A stretch of 63,384 nucleotides of DNA, filler included, from Lenisia limosa (Eukaryota > Protista > Breviatea): assembly GCA_001655205.1 (NCBI GenBank). It is 11 parts of 11 records of this genome, joined end to end, with 100 filler letters (N's around TTAATTAATTAA, not from the genome) between each part and the next. Parts side by side here need not be neighbours in the genome. Positions count along the whole stretch, not along the records: positions 32,186 to 38,433 come from LPNZ01000464.1; positions 38,534 to 44,035 come from LPNZ01010945.1; positions 44,136 to 57,592 come from LPNZ01007047.1; 8 more parts are not named here. The stretch is one strand, 5' to 3'. Positions 34,765-48,200 of this stretch are shown here, one piece after another (within the stretch, counting starts at the first letter, position 1; each line of letters begins with the position of its first letter). A program made the translations under genes and the position numbers. Below the pieces are notes generated by a model. The model was not told the origin of the DNA. It made no database searches and saw only the letters and a list, made by a program, of their open reading frames with translations.

Positions 34765-37025
34765 AGCTTCTCCACGACGCATGACACATTCGACACCCCA
34801 CCGTGTACCCCCACAATGCCGCATCCATCGGTCAACTCCCTCGCGTAAGTTCATCGTGATATGGCAATATTGCACATTGCCCAGACAAGATTCGATTAGG
34901 ACCAGACCGGAATCCGACTTAAGGACCCTGGAATTCCATTTCAACACCTGATCTCCGATTTAGGATTCTGGTCTGGCACAACTGCAGATAGACTTTCTTG
35001 GAGATGTCAAATCTATGTCACCGTAAATAATCATGATTTCCCTTTTCTTAACCGAATTTTGATGATTCTCACCTTTACCCAGAATTCTCCTAAATGGAGC
35101 TTGTCCATTATCATCTCAATCCCTTCAAATTTGTTTATTCCTCAATTATCAGATTTTGGATACTTCCCAATTTTTGAATCCCTCCTTAATCCTCATATAG
35201 GCCCTATGGTGATTCAGATCACGTTGTCACCCCTCAATCACCCATGGTGGAGAGGAAGGTTGGCTCAGAGGAAATTATATGGAACGGCTCCTGCTGCATC
35301 GATATAAATATCAATAAAAGAAATATCCATAAAATATTTATAAAATAAATATATCCTCAGTAAATTTACTAATCAACTATCGATAAATTCTTTTAATCAC
35401 CAAATATCGATATTTTGCTTTTTTGTCGGAATAAATTATAATTTTGTCAGATAAACGAAAATTGACATTTTAGTCGCTCCTGGGTCCCCAACGAAGTAGT
35501 AGTCAAGGTTTGAACGAGGACAAAGTAATAAGACTAAACTACACTACTTTCTGTCAAATATTGTTCTAAATTTCCATCTCTTCCCCATTTTTCCTTTTCC
35601 TAGGAAGCACAAGTAGACCATCAAGCCAACAGCAAGGTAGCAGATTATCACGGCCCGGATTGACTGTACATTGTAGGAAGGATTGTGGGGTGACTGTCTA
35701 TTGTGTGGGCAGCCATTTGACTTATTTTTTAAAAAGTTTGACATACCATATTAGGTAGTCCAACTTATCATTATTGCAGTCTGACTTATATTTAGCAATT
35801 CCGTTCAACGACAGTTCTGCAGGATCCAATGCTAGCACGCCAGGTTCGTTTAGATCTGATTTACCTTGAATTTGTGAACAATGTTAATTGTAGGAAAATG
35901 TCTGAAATGGACTTGATTATCGAACTTCAGGAGCCCCACGTAACCTTTTAGTTTCGAAGAAGATTTCGAGTGGTAATGAGAATATTGAGCCTCTTCTACG
36001 AGGAAAGGTGAGTTGGAGGTTATATGAGTGTTTTAAAAAGAACATAATTCATAATAAATACGGAAACTACAACCAAAAAGACACAATAAGCGAGGTGTTA
36101 AAAAATACAATAAAAGTAATATATTAAAGGAACAACTGCAAAAAGTTCTCTCCTAGCCACACTATTAAAGCAAATTTATATTATAGTCCAATATATCTTA
36201 TAAGCCTGATGGTATGAACGGCTTCGGCCAGATACATGCTTATTTTTTATTTCACATTGCTACAAATTTCTTCTTCCTACCAGTATTAACACAAATTTAC
36301 TACTACACCCTGCAGCAGCTCATAAGCCAAAGTCTCACCCTACCAGTAACATAATTGTGTATTACACCCATCTGGAACATAATTATTAGTGTCGTCCAAT
36401 AAAACATGGAAGTTGTTTTCTCATCCTTTCCCCCAGCTGCAACTCATAAGTGCCAACATGCGGGACAGTTGTCAGGGGGTCAAGGCTGAACCGAAGAAGG
36501 TTCATGGCCGCACATTCAATAAAACCACTTCTGGTGGGGGTGTAACATAGCAAATATTCATTTTTGCGACAAAAAATATTGTTTGGAGGGTTGGATTAAT
36601 CGTGCTTATTTATGAATCAATTTCATGGTGGAGTGGAGTGATGGAGTGCTGCGCTTTAAAAGCGACTTGTCTAAGATTTGTTTGTAAACCCCTTGTGTGC
36701 TTCTGCAAAAAGTTATACACAAAGTTGATTAACGGGTTTTCTTGTTTCATAATTTTTCATTTACTTGCCTAGGAAAGAAGATCATTGAGTGGCTTGTTTC
36801 AACGTCACATTGCCTCGATAACCGAAGTGCCGAGACAATGATCATGCAGATGGTGTCAATGGGACTTCTTAGACAACTTGCTGCTGGTACGTGGTGGTGC
36901 GGAGTTGGAAGTGGCGATGTGTTTTTAACCATTCAGGTGCGAGCATCAACTCCGAGCAAAGCTGCTACTCCATGATGGACTCGACAATGGAAATAATGGC
37001 AACATCAAGCTCCGGCGGCCTTTAA
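34765..37025 (+). CDS. DEP-domain protein (C-terminal DEP); upstream exons tentative
   Basis: Exons 36437-36533 (MRDSCQGVKAEPKKVHGRTFNKTTS), 36773-36886 (GKKIIEWLVSTSHCLDNRSAETMIMQMVSMGLLRQL) and 36937-37025 follow the DEP consensus GxxxxxxY..F.G.ElvdWL..R.EA..l...Ll..GlI. Confidence 0.7.
36208..36250 (+). repeat. Family C dispersed repeat with a GGC-TTCG-GCC hairpin
   Basis: Consensus gatggtgtggacggcttcggccagatacaa(g/c)cttgttt(t)att. Copies at 6477-6520(+), 9718-9757(-), 16598-16632(-), 24672-24696(-), 50991-51020(+) and 60043-60075(+); degenerate at 12901. Confidence 0.8.
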
Positions 37026-38533
37026 ATTTAGATGTAAAATTGGATTTGAGTTGAAATTTGTTGATATGTCTCTTGAAATGTCAGGATGAAACAAATTTCC
37101 ATATTGGCAAATCAATTTTTGGTCCACGGTATTGGTAGGAATCAAGATCTATGTTGGAAACGCATTAATCAGTTTGTTCGGTTTGTCCAGAAGAACTCAA
37201 TAATCCAAATGAAAAGGAACCGGTTCTTCCTTTAATTTTCTGGGTTGTATCTGCCCTCCCCCCTCCTCAGATGATAGTAGCGGGGAGACCAAATTTTGAC
37301 ATCAAGAAAATGTCCGTATTTTCACCTGGGACAAACTAGTTCGAAACAAAGATGTCGTAACAAATTGGATACTTAAAGTCGGCAACGGTCATGCTGCGGT
37401 GTATTGGAGAGACAAGTGTCAAGAGGGCGATTAGAGTATATTTGATGTTCCCTGTTAATCCTCGTACGTATTTATATTTTATTTTATTAATATTTCAACA
37501 TTTCAACTTAAAAAAAGGCAAAAAAAACACAAAAAAAAAAGAATAATGAAACAAGACGATAATGTAAAAATGTAAAATATGACAGATTTCCCTCCAACTC
37601 CAATGCCGTCCAGTCCAAGACTACCCACCTGAGCCGTGCGTTTGCCACTTATTCAACAGGCACTTGGCCAAGTGATTGGGAATGCTGGGACCGAAAAAGC
37701 CTCTCTACACTGAAACATCATACATTGCTACTCGCAACTGTTACATCGTGTCGTGTCGTCCATCCTCAGTGTCGTCCGTTGGCTGGCCTCAGCAGCCTCT
37801 GGATCAGAATCCTCCCCCATTGCCCGCAGTAACCCTCTCCCATTGCCCGCAGTAATTCGCCATGTCTGCTACCCTCTCCGACTGAAGTAATAAATCAATC
37901 CGTATTTTTCCAGTTGTTACCAAACTGGGTAGTATCATATGACTTTTTATTCAATCATCATAATATTTATAAAATATTGACAGAAGAACTGTGATCCACC
38001 AAAGTTGTTGAATTATTAATTATCGTATCACGGCCTCACGACACCCATAATATCAGTTCCCTAAAACCCATCCGCTCACGGCAACCAACACTTGTGACTC
38101 AACGTCTACAAGGAACTTAAAAATCTACAGGGTGCTGAAATGTTATTGAACCCGATGTATTTCTCAAATTTGTTTTATGATGCAGGGTTTTAAATGGGGT
38201 TGTCTGGGGTATCCGAAGCACGCTATTCTTTACTGTGGGTCATATTGAACATGAATCACGCCACTTTTGACTCTTACTCCTTTCTCAAAAAATTTTTTTT
38301 TTCTGATCATAATTTCTCCCTTGACCATTGTTACGTAATACATTATCAAAATGGGCTAAGAAGACTACAGAACTAACAACATTAAACATAGTGGGAATCT
38401 ACCCCCCAAGGCCACACAAATCACCCCTCTTTGNNNNNNNNNNNNNNNNNNNNNNNNNNNNNNNNNNNNNNNNNNNNTTAATTAATTAANNNNNNNNNNN
38501 NNNNNNNNNNNNNNNNNNNNNNNNNNNNNNNNN

Positions 38534-38903
38534 GCTCCTCCTGAACGATATAAAACATCGCCCTCAACACAATGAAATAAGAACATAAAGGAAGAGAGGT
38601 GCTGAACCCTTTATCAAAGTCTGCACCTTCACATCTAATGAAAACCCATCTCAATAGCATTAAATACCATTCCCACATTTTCAAGGAAGGTGTTGATGAG
38701 GATATTGAGCTTCTCCACGTCAAAATCCATTCCCATCTCAAGCTGGCCACTACACAGTCAAACTTGGACAGGGGAGGTTGCGATGGCGTTCGAGTGTTGA
38801 TATTTCTGCCATTAGAAAGGGCCTACCCAAGTGGTTCGCCTTCAGACGACTTAAACAGGGCCATGACCCTTGGGGCTTCTTCATTCTCCGGAACTATTCC
38901 CAT
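38534..38903 (-). CDS. NLE1: Notchless/Rsa4 NLE-domain N-terminus, truncated
   Basis: MGIVPENEEAPRVMALFKSSEGEPLG|GQLEMGMDFDVEKLNILINTFLEN|EE resembles the NLE domain ([37 protein letters not shown]). Confidence 0.7.
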
Positions 38904-39163
38904 GCTAAAAGACCTCGTGTGACTTAGTTGATACTTCCGCTCTTTTGTCTGTGATTCGGACTATGTGCAGTTTGCTGACGGCAATTAGCACTAAGAGGCC
39001 TTGTGCGGAAAAAAGTGAAGGTCAAGGACATCATCCGGGCCGCAGTAACTTTTTCTCACTTTTTTTCTCGTTCTCGCCCTCTTTCGCGTGTATTTGTTTA
39101 GCTACATATACATTTATCCTAAATCTTTATCTTTAAACTTTCCCAGTCTCGTCAATTTCCAAT

Positions 39164-39718
39164 ATGGGTGGTGGAAACGCACAGAAGTCCGCAATTGCTC
39201 GCGCCAGGAACCAAAAGGATGGTGAAAAGCAAGGCTCTCAGCTTAAGATGAACGCAGCGGCTGCCAACATCAAGTGCAAGATCTGCATGGTAGGTGGCCA
39301 CGTCAGTGGTTCATCCCGTTTGCTTTTTATGACAGGTTCCCAGTACCAGTTTGCTGTAGATACATGTTTGAAACAAGGGGCCTGAAAATATGGCAAGAAC
39401 TTTTCAAAGCAGTATCAATTTAAATATTCATCTTTCTCAATTCTCCCCCTCTTGCAACTCCAATAGCAACGTTACAGTGTCCTGAACAAGAGCTATATCT
39501 CAAAAATTCAGTGTATTTTTGAGAACAGATAGTGGTTCTATTCATCCTGTGTGACACAAAGCCAACTATTCAGATTCAACTCCCAAGCCTGACTCTCGTA
39601 GCAACTCTTCATGTGTACTGCCAACGAGGCGACCCTCAAGCAGCACTCCGAGAACAAGCATCCTAAGGCCTCCTTTACTGATTGCTTCCCCGACTTTGTG
39701 CCAGGACAGGTGTGCTAG
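39164..39718 (+). CDS. Small C2H2 zinc-finger protein, ZNF706/At2g23090 (4F5/SERF-like) family, 2 exons
   Basis: MGGGNAQKSAIARARNQKDGEKQGSQLKMNAAAANIKCKICM|QLFMCTANEATLKQHSENKHPKASFTDCFPDFVPGQVC*. Confidence 0.92.
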
Positions 39719-40816
39719 TTGTCACTGCATCATATGGTCTTTTGTTGTCTTTGAGTTTCCACTATTTCCCCATGCTCTGTTAAAGACAATAACTCAATTT
39801 TTTTGTGATTTTTTTATTATTGGTATTTTTATTATTATTATTTTTTTTTATTTTTTTTTATTTTTTTTTATTTTTTTTTTTGGAGGGGGGATATCACTAA
39901 TTTTGGCACAAATATAACTATCAACCTAGGATANNNNNNNNNNNNNNNNNNNNNNNNNNNNNNNNNNNNNNNNNNNNNNNNNNNNNNNNNNNNNNNNNNN
40001 NNNNNNNNNNNNNNNNNNNNNNNNNNNNNNNNNNNNNNNNNNNNNNNNNNNNNNNNNNNNNNNNNNNNNNNNNNNNNNNNNNNNNNNNNNNNNNNNNNNN
40101 NNNNNNNNNNNNNNNNNNNNNNNNNNNNNNNNNNNNNNACTATTTGCATATTGAATGACCATGCACTTTACCAGATATTGGCACCACATTCCAGGACTAA
40201 TTATTTCAGAGAAAGAAGGAAAGTAAACTCAACTGTGAGGATATTTATCCCCTAGGATGGTTTGAATAGATGTATTTAGGTATTACTTATTTAAATACCT
40301 TTCGTGTGTGCTCCGTGGACAATTACAGACAACCAGAAAACAAACAATAACAGAACAATAGAACATACAAACAGTTGACAAAAGCCGCATTCCGTGTCGG
40401 GTTGAGTGGTGGCGTGTAATGTCAAAATAATACACGTCTATATTTTTTTAGGGCACAACTTCACCAAACCACCAAAATGAAAAACCTAGAATAGCCAAGA
40501 AACCCAGAAACAAACAAACAAACAATCGTATTATTCATGTATATTTAATATCACCTATCATCAATCTAGTTATGGAGAAGAAAGCACAGTTTGATAAATA
40601 GAAGAGAATTCATATGAGAAGGCGAGCTGGCCCTCAGTTTTAGACCTTCACCACGTGAGTTGAAGCTTCCCAACGCCTCTATGTTTATAGCCCATTGCCA
40701 ATAATAATCCCCTGCATTCTTCTTCAACACAGGACCTCATCACTTTCTCATAGGTCATATAGTCCTGTCCTTTATTTCTTCACGTACTCACATCCTAGTT
40801 TTCCGACACATATGAG

Positions 40817-43800
40817 TCTTCAAAGCCCAAAGAAGAGCGCCAATAGTTTGCTGGAATCAAACATTCATAATGCTGGCGTAGCGTTATTCGGCCTATTGAT
40901 GGGAGTGCTGGAGGCGGACACATACAAACACACTTATGAGTGAAGATTTAAACCTCTCACACTGTAGAAATGGCCAAGTTTAAGGAGGGGACACGAGTGA
41001 AGACCGCTCTTGATCTTGAACCTCCGATTGACCCAGAGTGGGGATGAGGGGGAGGGGTGATTGTAACAAGTGTAGAAGTGCAGAAGGCTTCAGTATAATA
41101 AAACTTCTGATTTCTTCTCATTCTGTGCTTTTTCCTTTTTTTAAGTGATATATATAAATAACATTCAATAGTCTTCTGAAGAATGGGAGGTTCCACAACG
41201 AGGAGGACTTTCTCCCCAGATTCCTGAGCGTGGGTGTGGGTCAGTTGATATTACTTCGCTCCCCCCCCCCCCCCCCNNNNNNNNNNNNNNNNNNNNNNNN
41301 NNNNNNNNNNNNNNNNNNNNNNNNNNNNNNNNNNNNNNNNNNNNNNNNNNNNNNNNNNNNNNNNNNNNNNNNNNNNNNNNNNNNNGCTGGTTCATGATAT
41401 GCTTGAGTGTTTTTCGATCATTTTCCACATTTTTCGATATTATGTTGACATTTCAGCAAGTCGGGCCCCCTTCCTTCATGACCATGTGGTGAGGGGTGGA
41501 GCGTGGGATGCAGTGAGGGGTGGAGCGTGGGATACGAGCATTTGGCTTCAGCTGGAGAATTTGTACCATTTCTTACTCTTCAGATTTATGAGAATAGGAA
41601 GTTTTGGGGTTTTGAAGGTGGCCTTTATAGCCCTCTTCTCTCCAAGTTCAGGTGGGGATGGGCGTTTTCTTATTTTGAAAAAGGCAGTCTCCCACTCTAA
41701 CTAAAGATTGTCTGTTACCCTTGTAGGAAATGTGTGCCAAGAAACCCTCATCTTGTTGCAAGATATGCCTACAAAATTATTCAGGCAGAAATGTAAGCTC
41801 AGCTTCAGCTGTCCTTTCCATCTCATTGCATTGTTTTGATTTTTTAGCCCCGAATTTCTTTTGGCCAATCTTTTCACAGTGTCTTACCTTTTTGATACGG
41901 GTAAGTGGTGCTCAACACACAGTCATCACAGAACCGATTCTTTTGGCTTACCCCTCCCCCCCAGGACTTTTCTCGCTGAACGAGAATGATGAGCTGATAT
42001 TCCTAAAGCCAGCTGACAAAAAGCATTTCACATCCCATGGCATTGTGGTCAGTGCAGGGTTTTATTGTCTTCTCCTGGTTGATGTAACATTCTTTTCTCT
42101 ATTGTGGATAACTAATGATCCCATCTACTTGTTCATTGGTTGCATAATTGTTTTATGACAGTTGTTATTCTGGAAATAATTGCTTGTTGTAGAGTGGAAC
42201 CACAAACTGGGTTGCCCAGCTTCAGCGTGATGCACTCAAATTGAGAGATAGCGACCACCAATTCCGTGAGAGTGGTTCAAAACAGAATTGATATACCCTG
42301 TTAATCTTGCCCTTTTAACATTTCAGCTAGAAAATTTCAAGCTATCTCAAGGATTTTCAACATAACACAGGAGTATCTGGCCTACCTGTCAAGCTGTGTT
42401 GCCGATATGGATGCCATTTGCAACGAGGTGGACTATGCGCCTTTCGAGTGGGTTTTGGAGTTGTCAGAACTGAGGTTCAAAAGGCATCTTTGTTACTTTT
42501 GGATACAAGAATGGAATTGGTCCCTCTGCTTGTTAATACGTTTAGAGATAGGCGATTCTCAAGTAACTTGGACAAAGTGTTTATTGGACAAAAGTTGTGC
42601 AATGCTGGTATTGGCAAGGTTAGGACCTACTTCTAAGCTAAATAATTATAGCTTTTGTCTCTTCCATTGTGTCATCTATCTTTCAGATTAAAATTGAGAC
42701 ACCTTATGTGATAGCGAACAACAATTGCGAAGACCAGCTAACGCATGCTGAAGGTTTGTCGCCGATGAGGATCCTCTTTTATTACACGCTCTCTTTGTTG
42801 TATTGACTCTTCAGAGCAATATGAACAATTCCCTTTCACCTCTGATAATGCCATTATCGGACTCTTGATTGGCTTGATTTATGGGTAGGAAGCACCAAAA
42901 TAACACTTCGAATCGAAAGTTTGTCATTTGAGCGTACAGACCTTATAATATGTTCTCTTCATGCTATCATATTCGATACGATAACTTCCGCCATTCAGGT
43001 ACGAGTACAACTGTCTTGTTGTTTCGCACAGTGTTGGTCGCGTAATGATACGTAAGGAGGGTGAAACTGTATATCGATCCTTGTATTATGTTAGCTCATT
43101 TTTTCTCAGATGCACTCAAGAGAAAGTCTCTCATGAACAACCCATACTTCCATCGCCTGTTTGCAGCCTGCCTGCGTCGCTCATTTTGCTTGCTGTTCAC
43201 CAAGGAGGGCCACCCCGACATGTTGTTTCAAAAGACTTGCTCAAATATGATTCACAAGTCGCTTGATTTCGTTGAGCGTTGGTGGATGTCTCCCGTCTTG
43301 GTCTCCTTTAGGCCATTCTACTCTAATTATTTATCAATTTAGAGTGTCAAGACAAAACTGTTTACCAGGGCCTTCTTATTGGCTGTTTCTCCATACCAGC
43401 TTCTGAGAAGTGGGGGCAAATGGGTAGGTTCAGCGCTGTTACAACCCATGGATAATTTCTATCTTCATTTAGAAGGAACTGGCATATCTTAATTCGCAGT
43501 GGATAAGTCTGATTTAAAGCATTTTTTGAGTCATACACTTTGGTAACCTTTTCTAGGAGCCATGGCGCTAGAATTTGATGTTTACCCTGAAGGTGAGGGG
43601 TATATTCTTATTATGTTACAATATTAAATGGTGTTCTTACTCTTCAGTTCCTCCTGATGTCAGTTTGACTGTGTTCCGGATGGCATGGGAAGTGAAAGTG
43701 CTTCGTCACATCAGCAAGTCCGTGCAGGTTACCAAGTGCAAGAAAGTGGGGGGGGGGATTCTCCAGGCAAGACACTTTTAATGAATCTGATGAGTCTCAT

Positions 43801-44035
43801 TGATAACTTAGGCCTTTGTGATTTATGAGCAATCGCTCTTTAAAGGGAGATTGGAATCGCATCTAGATTTCATCCGAAGACACAATTCAGAATGTATCGT
43901 GCCCTACAAAATATTGATGGTGGGTCTTCTTTTCACAGTTTAATGTTGTCCCTTCCCTAAATCAACTTACAATGAATCTGTTTACTCCTTGGCAGAAGTT
44001 TGAGCTGGAGCGTGTTGATGACGTAATCAAATCTC
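40817..44035 (+). CDS. Large uncharacterised protein, about 17 short exons, truncated
   Basis: Continuous chain of AG/GT-bounded open exons, e.g. AGEFVPFLTLQIYENRKFWGFEGGLYSPLLSKFR, EYLAYLSSCVADMDAICNEVDYAPFEWVLELSELR, DALKRKSLMNNPYFHRLFAACLRRSF and VPPDVSLTVFRMAWEVKVLRH. No family recognised. Confidence 0.7.
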
Positions 44036-44176
44036 NNNNNNNNNNNNNNNNNNNNNNNNNNNNNNNNNNNNNNNNNNNNTTAATTAATTAANNNNNNNNN
44101 NNNNNNNNNNNNNNNNNNNNNNNNNNNNNNNNNNNCCCCCCCCCCCCCGCGCCTCCCCCTCCTGACGTTGCAGTGC

Positions 44177-44881
44177 TGCCTTCCCGTCCCTCTCCCTTCA
44201 TGTTGAACGACTCACTCTGTCTCATGACAAGTAAGAAGGGAACGACCATGTGTGACTCCAGTAAATGATAACTGACGGCTACTTGGCCGTTATGGCAAGG
44301 TTTTCTGTACTCTGATCGATCTGAGTCTCTTCCAAGTTTTCATATTCCCCAGGTGGAGACAGCTATATGAGGAGATCCAGTCTACAACTCGTCAACAGTT
44401 CGACTGACGATCGTTTTTCTCTTCTTATTATGTTGTATTTTTTTTGGATTAGATTTAGGTTATTGTTTTGTCTCAATTGGATGGGGGGGGGGGGTGACCG
44501 GGATAAGTCTTGGCCGATCTCTNNNNNNNNNNNNNNNNNNNNNNNNNNNNNNNNNNNNNNNNNNNNNNNNNNNNNNNNNNNNNNGTTCAGAAGCGACTGG
44601 CCTGGGCTTTGTGTGTTGTCGGCCAACAGAGTTGTTTCTGGGGTTTTTTATTTCATAAAATTTTCCATTCTACTCCAAATTTTCCATTTTTACGTGTTAC
44701 TGCTTGTTTTTTGTTTTTGTTTTTTGTTTGATTGGGGTCTCAGATTATTCATGAGTGCCCTTACGCCAATATTCGTCAACGAAATTTCCTTCGTTTACCC
44801 CCCCCCCAGGTCAGACACTGGATCACGCGATCACAATGTTTGCCCGATTTTTTCAAGCAGGAATCACATTTGATTTCCCAA
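44177..44881 (+). CDS. Gene fragment, unidentified
   Basis: Exon-like segments AAFPSLSLHVERLTLSHD (GTAAGA donor) and GQTLDHAITMFARFFQAGITFDFP after the CCCCCCCCCAG acceptor at 44809. Confidence 0.3.
44586..44809 (+). repeat. Family D repeat, near full length, ending at the acceptor AG
   Basis: cagaagcgactggcctgggctttgtgtgttgtcggccaacagagttg..tacgccaatattcgtcaacgaaatttccttcgtttacccccccccAG. Confidence 0.88.
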
Positions 44882-45285
44882 GGAAAATCAGCCAAGAATT
44901 TTCCCGGTCACTGCATATATCAGAAGGATCCTCAGCAGCATCGTACTGAGGGATTGATCAACATTCGGGAGGATTTGACGATAGTTTTTGTGTCTGTTGG
45001 TGTCTTTCTCGAAAAATGTGTGTAACATCCTCGGTTTCCTGAAACGAAAATATGTACCACTCCCTAGAGCTGCCCGAGTAAACTAAGAATACAATAAATA
45101 CAACAATACCATAGATGACATAAATAAAAGGAGTGTGAACTAAACTCATTAAATCAAAAATTCAATTACATGTCATTGTGTTTCAAGAAAAAAACACCAA
45201 TAAAAATAAAAACCATCACCAAAACAAAGATCAAATATTTCAAAACAGTCTTAACAAGACCTCATATCGCATCAGTTCCACAAAC

Positions 45286-48200
45286 CTAAACCTCGGGCAA
45301 AGACGCTAAAGAAGGGACGGAAGGCTCTGACGGCTCCACCTCAGTAAGTGGTGGCGGTAGCACGGACTGTGTGATTTGATCTTCAAGATCTTTCCAAACA
45401 CTCGGGTCGAGAGGGGGTACTTGCAGCTCTGAAAGAGTGTTGGTGCCGTACATGACTTCAGCCTCCTCAGAGATGTCGTCGTTTTTGGAGTTGCCCTTGA
45501 TATGCCGCCTTTTTCGTTTCTTCTTGGGGGTGGCGGAGTCACTGTGCTCTGGTTTTGGGTTGTTGTTGATGAGTTTGCGGAAGTGCTCGCGAGTTCCAAA
45601 CGGAATGAGAGGCCTGAAACCGTTATTGAGAGGCAAACTGAGCTACAAGCCAACACATAGCCGCTCACAAAATTTGGATGTTTTCAGTTGTTGCAAAAAC
45701 ACAAAAGTTGGATTATGCCCCGTAAACAGCACTATTCCCCGTCAAATCACAACCCTAAGGTATTGTTGAAAAATAGACTATTACTTCATCTTGCATTTGT
45801 TAAACGAATGCCCTCCCACGGTTTCTCATAAAGCTCGGGCTTGATACCGGCTTCAATGAGGTCATTGGCAGTGGGGGGCTGCGGCGGCCTTGTGATGAGC
45901 TTTGCCTTGTCGAGGGCTTCTTCAAGGGAGGGCGGTGCTGCATTACGCCCTGCTGTATTGGTACTAATTTGGTTATAATAAGAGAACAACGTCACATTGG
46001 TCCAAAAAAAGACCTACATTCTTGTGAAAATTGATAAGAATTGAATATTTTCAGTTGTTTTTTCGAACTGAAAAAAACATTGCCATGAGGTTGTATAGTG
46101 AAGAAATTTATATACTAAGTAGCAGCAATAGAGTAGCAGGAATTCCAGAAGGACAAACAATCATTTGGAGATGACCTACCCGTTAAAAGGACCAGCATAG
46201 TCCTCGTATCGGCTCCGAGCTGACATGGTAAGTAAATCGAAGATGTCAGTACCATCACAGTAATTCCAAACTTCATGGCAACTTCATTGAAGTATGAATA
46301 TAGGCACTAAAGGTCAATATATATTTTATGACCTCTTTAAATAATCGGATTTACAGCAAGAAAAATTCAAAAACCGATTCACGGCTGCCACACACCTCTT
46401 TCGCTGTACGTTCTTGTCACTTCTTGTTCCTGATCAAGGGCAAGTTTGACCAGGTCTTCACCATGATGCTCAGTCACAAAGGAAAACCGACTTTCTAGTT
46501 CGTTAACTTATGGCAGTATTATATCATATGATATACTCTTTGTTACAGCTAAAAATGTGATGACGGTTGAGCCGCTTTGTTTCAGAGAACATGGAATTGT
46601 TGAGAAAATAATAAAACTTGCCTGTCTATGAAGACGAAAATTAGAATATTACCTCCTCCCCTCCACCCCAAAACATTACCTCCTCCCCTCCACCCCAAAA
46701 CATTGCCCTTTCATACGCCCGAGGAATACAACCGCTTCTTACCCTTCTTTTTGAGTTCGTCCAGTTTACGAACAAAGGACTTAATATCGTCACCAAGGGC
46801 TTTGATCTTATCCAGAGGAAGCTGAAATATGATTATTTTTCCGATGGAAATAAAGCAATGTTTCTAGTTGAAGCTGTCCATCATCGAATAAAGATATTTA
46901 CAATATCCCCAAGCCAGTAGCAACATTTATATTACCAAGCATTGTACCCCACAGTTTGTATTCTGTTCAGTCGCTGGTCAAAAGGAGAAACAGCGATATC
47001 GACGTCAGGAGCCACGGGGTTGCAGAACTCTGGGGGTGTAAAAGGGCAAAATGTATATCGATATATGAAATAAAATCCCCCAAAATCCACTCTATTGGCA
47101 GACAGGGTCACAAATGGCTCACAAAAGTAGTAAAAATATATGACAGCATCTGGGATACACGAAGATCTATGCCTTTTTTCATCAGATCAGCGACCCTTTA
47201 TCCATCATACCGGACGGGATAATGAAGAAGGCGCCGGCCTCAATGAGACTGGCCAGTACAGCTGACGGGTCAAACTGCTGCTGGAATACGGCATCGTGGC
47301 CCGCCAGGACTGTCAAGTTCTGTATCACATCTAAAAGAATGAAGAGTGTACACACCTATAGGCTGCTACACGCCAAAACAGAGGCTAAGGCGCATTTTAT
47401 GACAAGTAAAATGCTAAAGTTCATTTCCAAATATGACATATTTATTCAAGTAAAAAGCACAAAAAAAGGTTGATACAAACAACTTATGAGGGGGGTAGTC
47501 GTTTTAGCAAATATGTGCACCTGCTTTATGATATGTATAAGTATCAATCACTGTTTTTGATCATCAAGAATGACAAGTAACCAACCAAAAGCATATCATA
47601 TTCCATCCACTAGAAACCAACCAAAGGGGACTCTGATGGCAAACGGAGGGTGAGTTGGCGGTTGTGTGATGAAGAGCATATAAAGAGCGTAGAGTACTCC
47701 GAGCCTCTGGGCGTAGGCGGTGGTAGCCGTGCGCTGTCTTTGCAACATCAGATTTGTTATATCGGGGACTGGACATATCGATATATGGACTCACCATCCA
47801 TGGAGTTTATAAATGGGCCATGTGCTCCGTCATACACAAAAGAAATTTAATAAGCCCAGTATTGCATAGCGCATTATTGCATGACACAATCATTAGAGTT
47901 CCACTCAACCTCTCCACCCAGATTAAACTAAGATAGCCAACTACCCGCTCACTGATCCACATCAGGAACTCTCCTTTTGGGTGACAGCAGTGCTGGAAAC
48001 TATAACACGAACCCAAAACCAAGATAAAACGAGAGGGAAAAAAAAATGAAAAAAGAAAATGTTTTGAGGTCAAAACTGAAGCTTAACAACGAATACAGCC
48101 TTCATACTCATAAATTGGAAAACGACTTCGTTAAAGATCTCATGATTTTTCACATCAGTAACACGTAGATGGTGAACGACTGCAAATCGTCTCCTTTCGA

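Noticed and set aside
37050-37900. Possible minus-strand gene with a 22-bp tandem duplication (37817-37855)
   Set aside because: Exon-like segments are present, but no consistent reading frame or identity could be established.
39289-39600. Intronic snoRNA in the ZNF706-like intron
   Set aside because: No convincing C/D (RUGAUGA..CUGA with terminal stem) or H/ACA architecture was seen.
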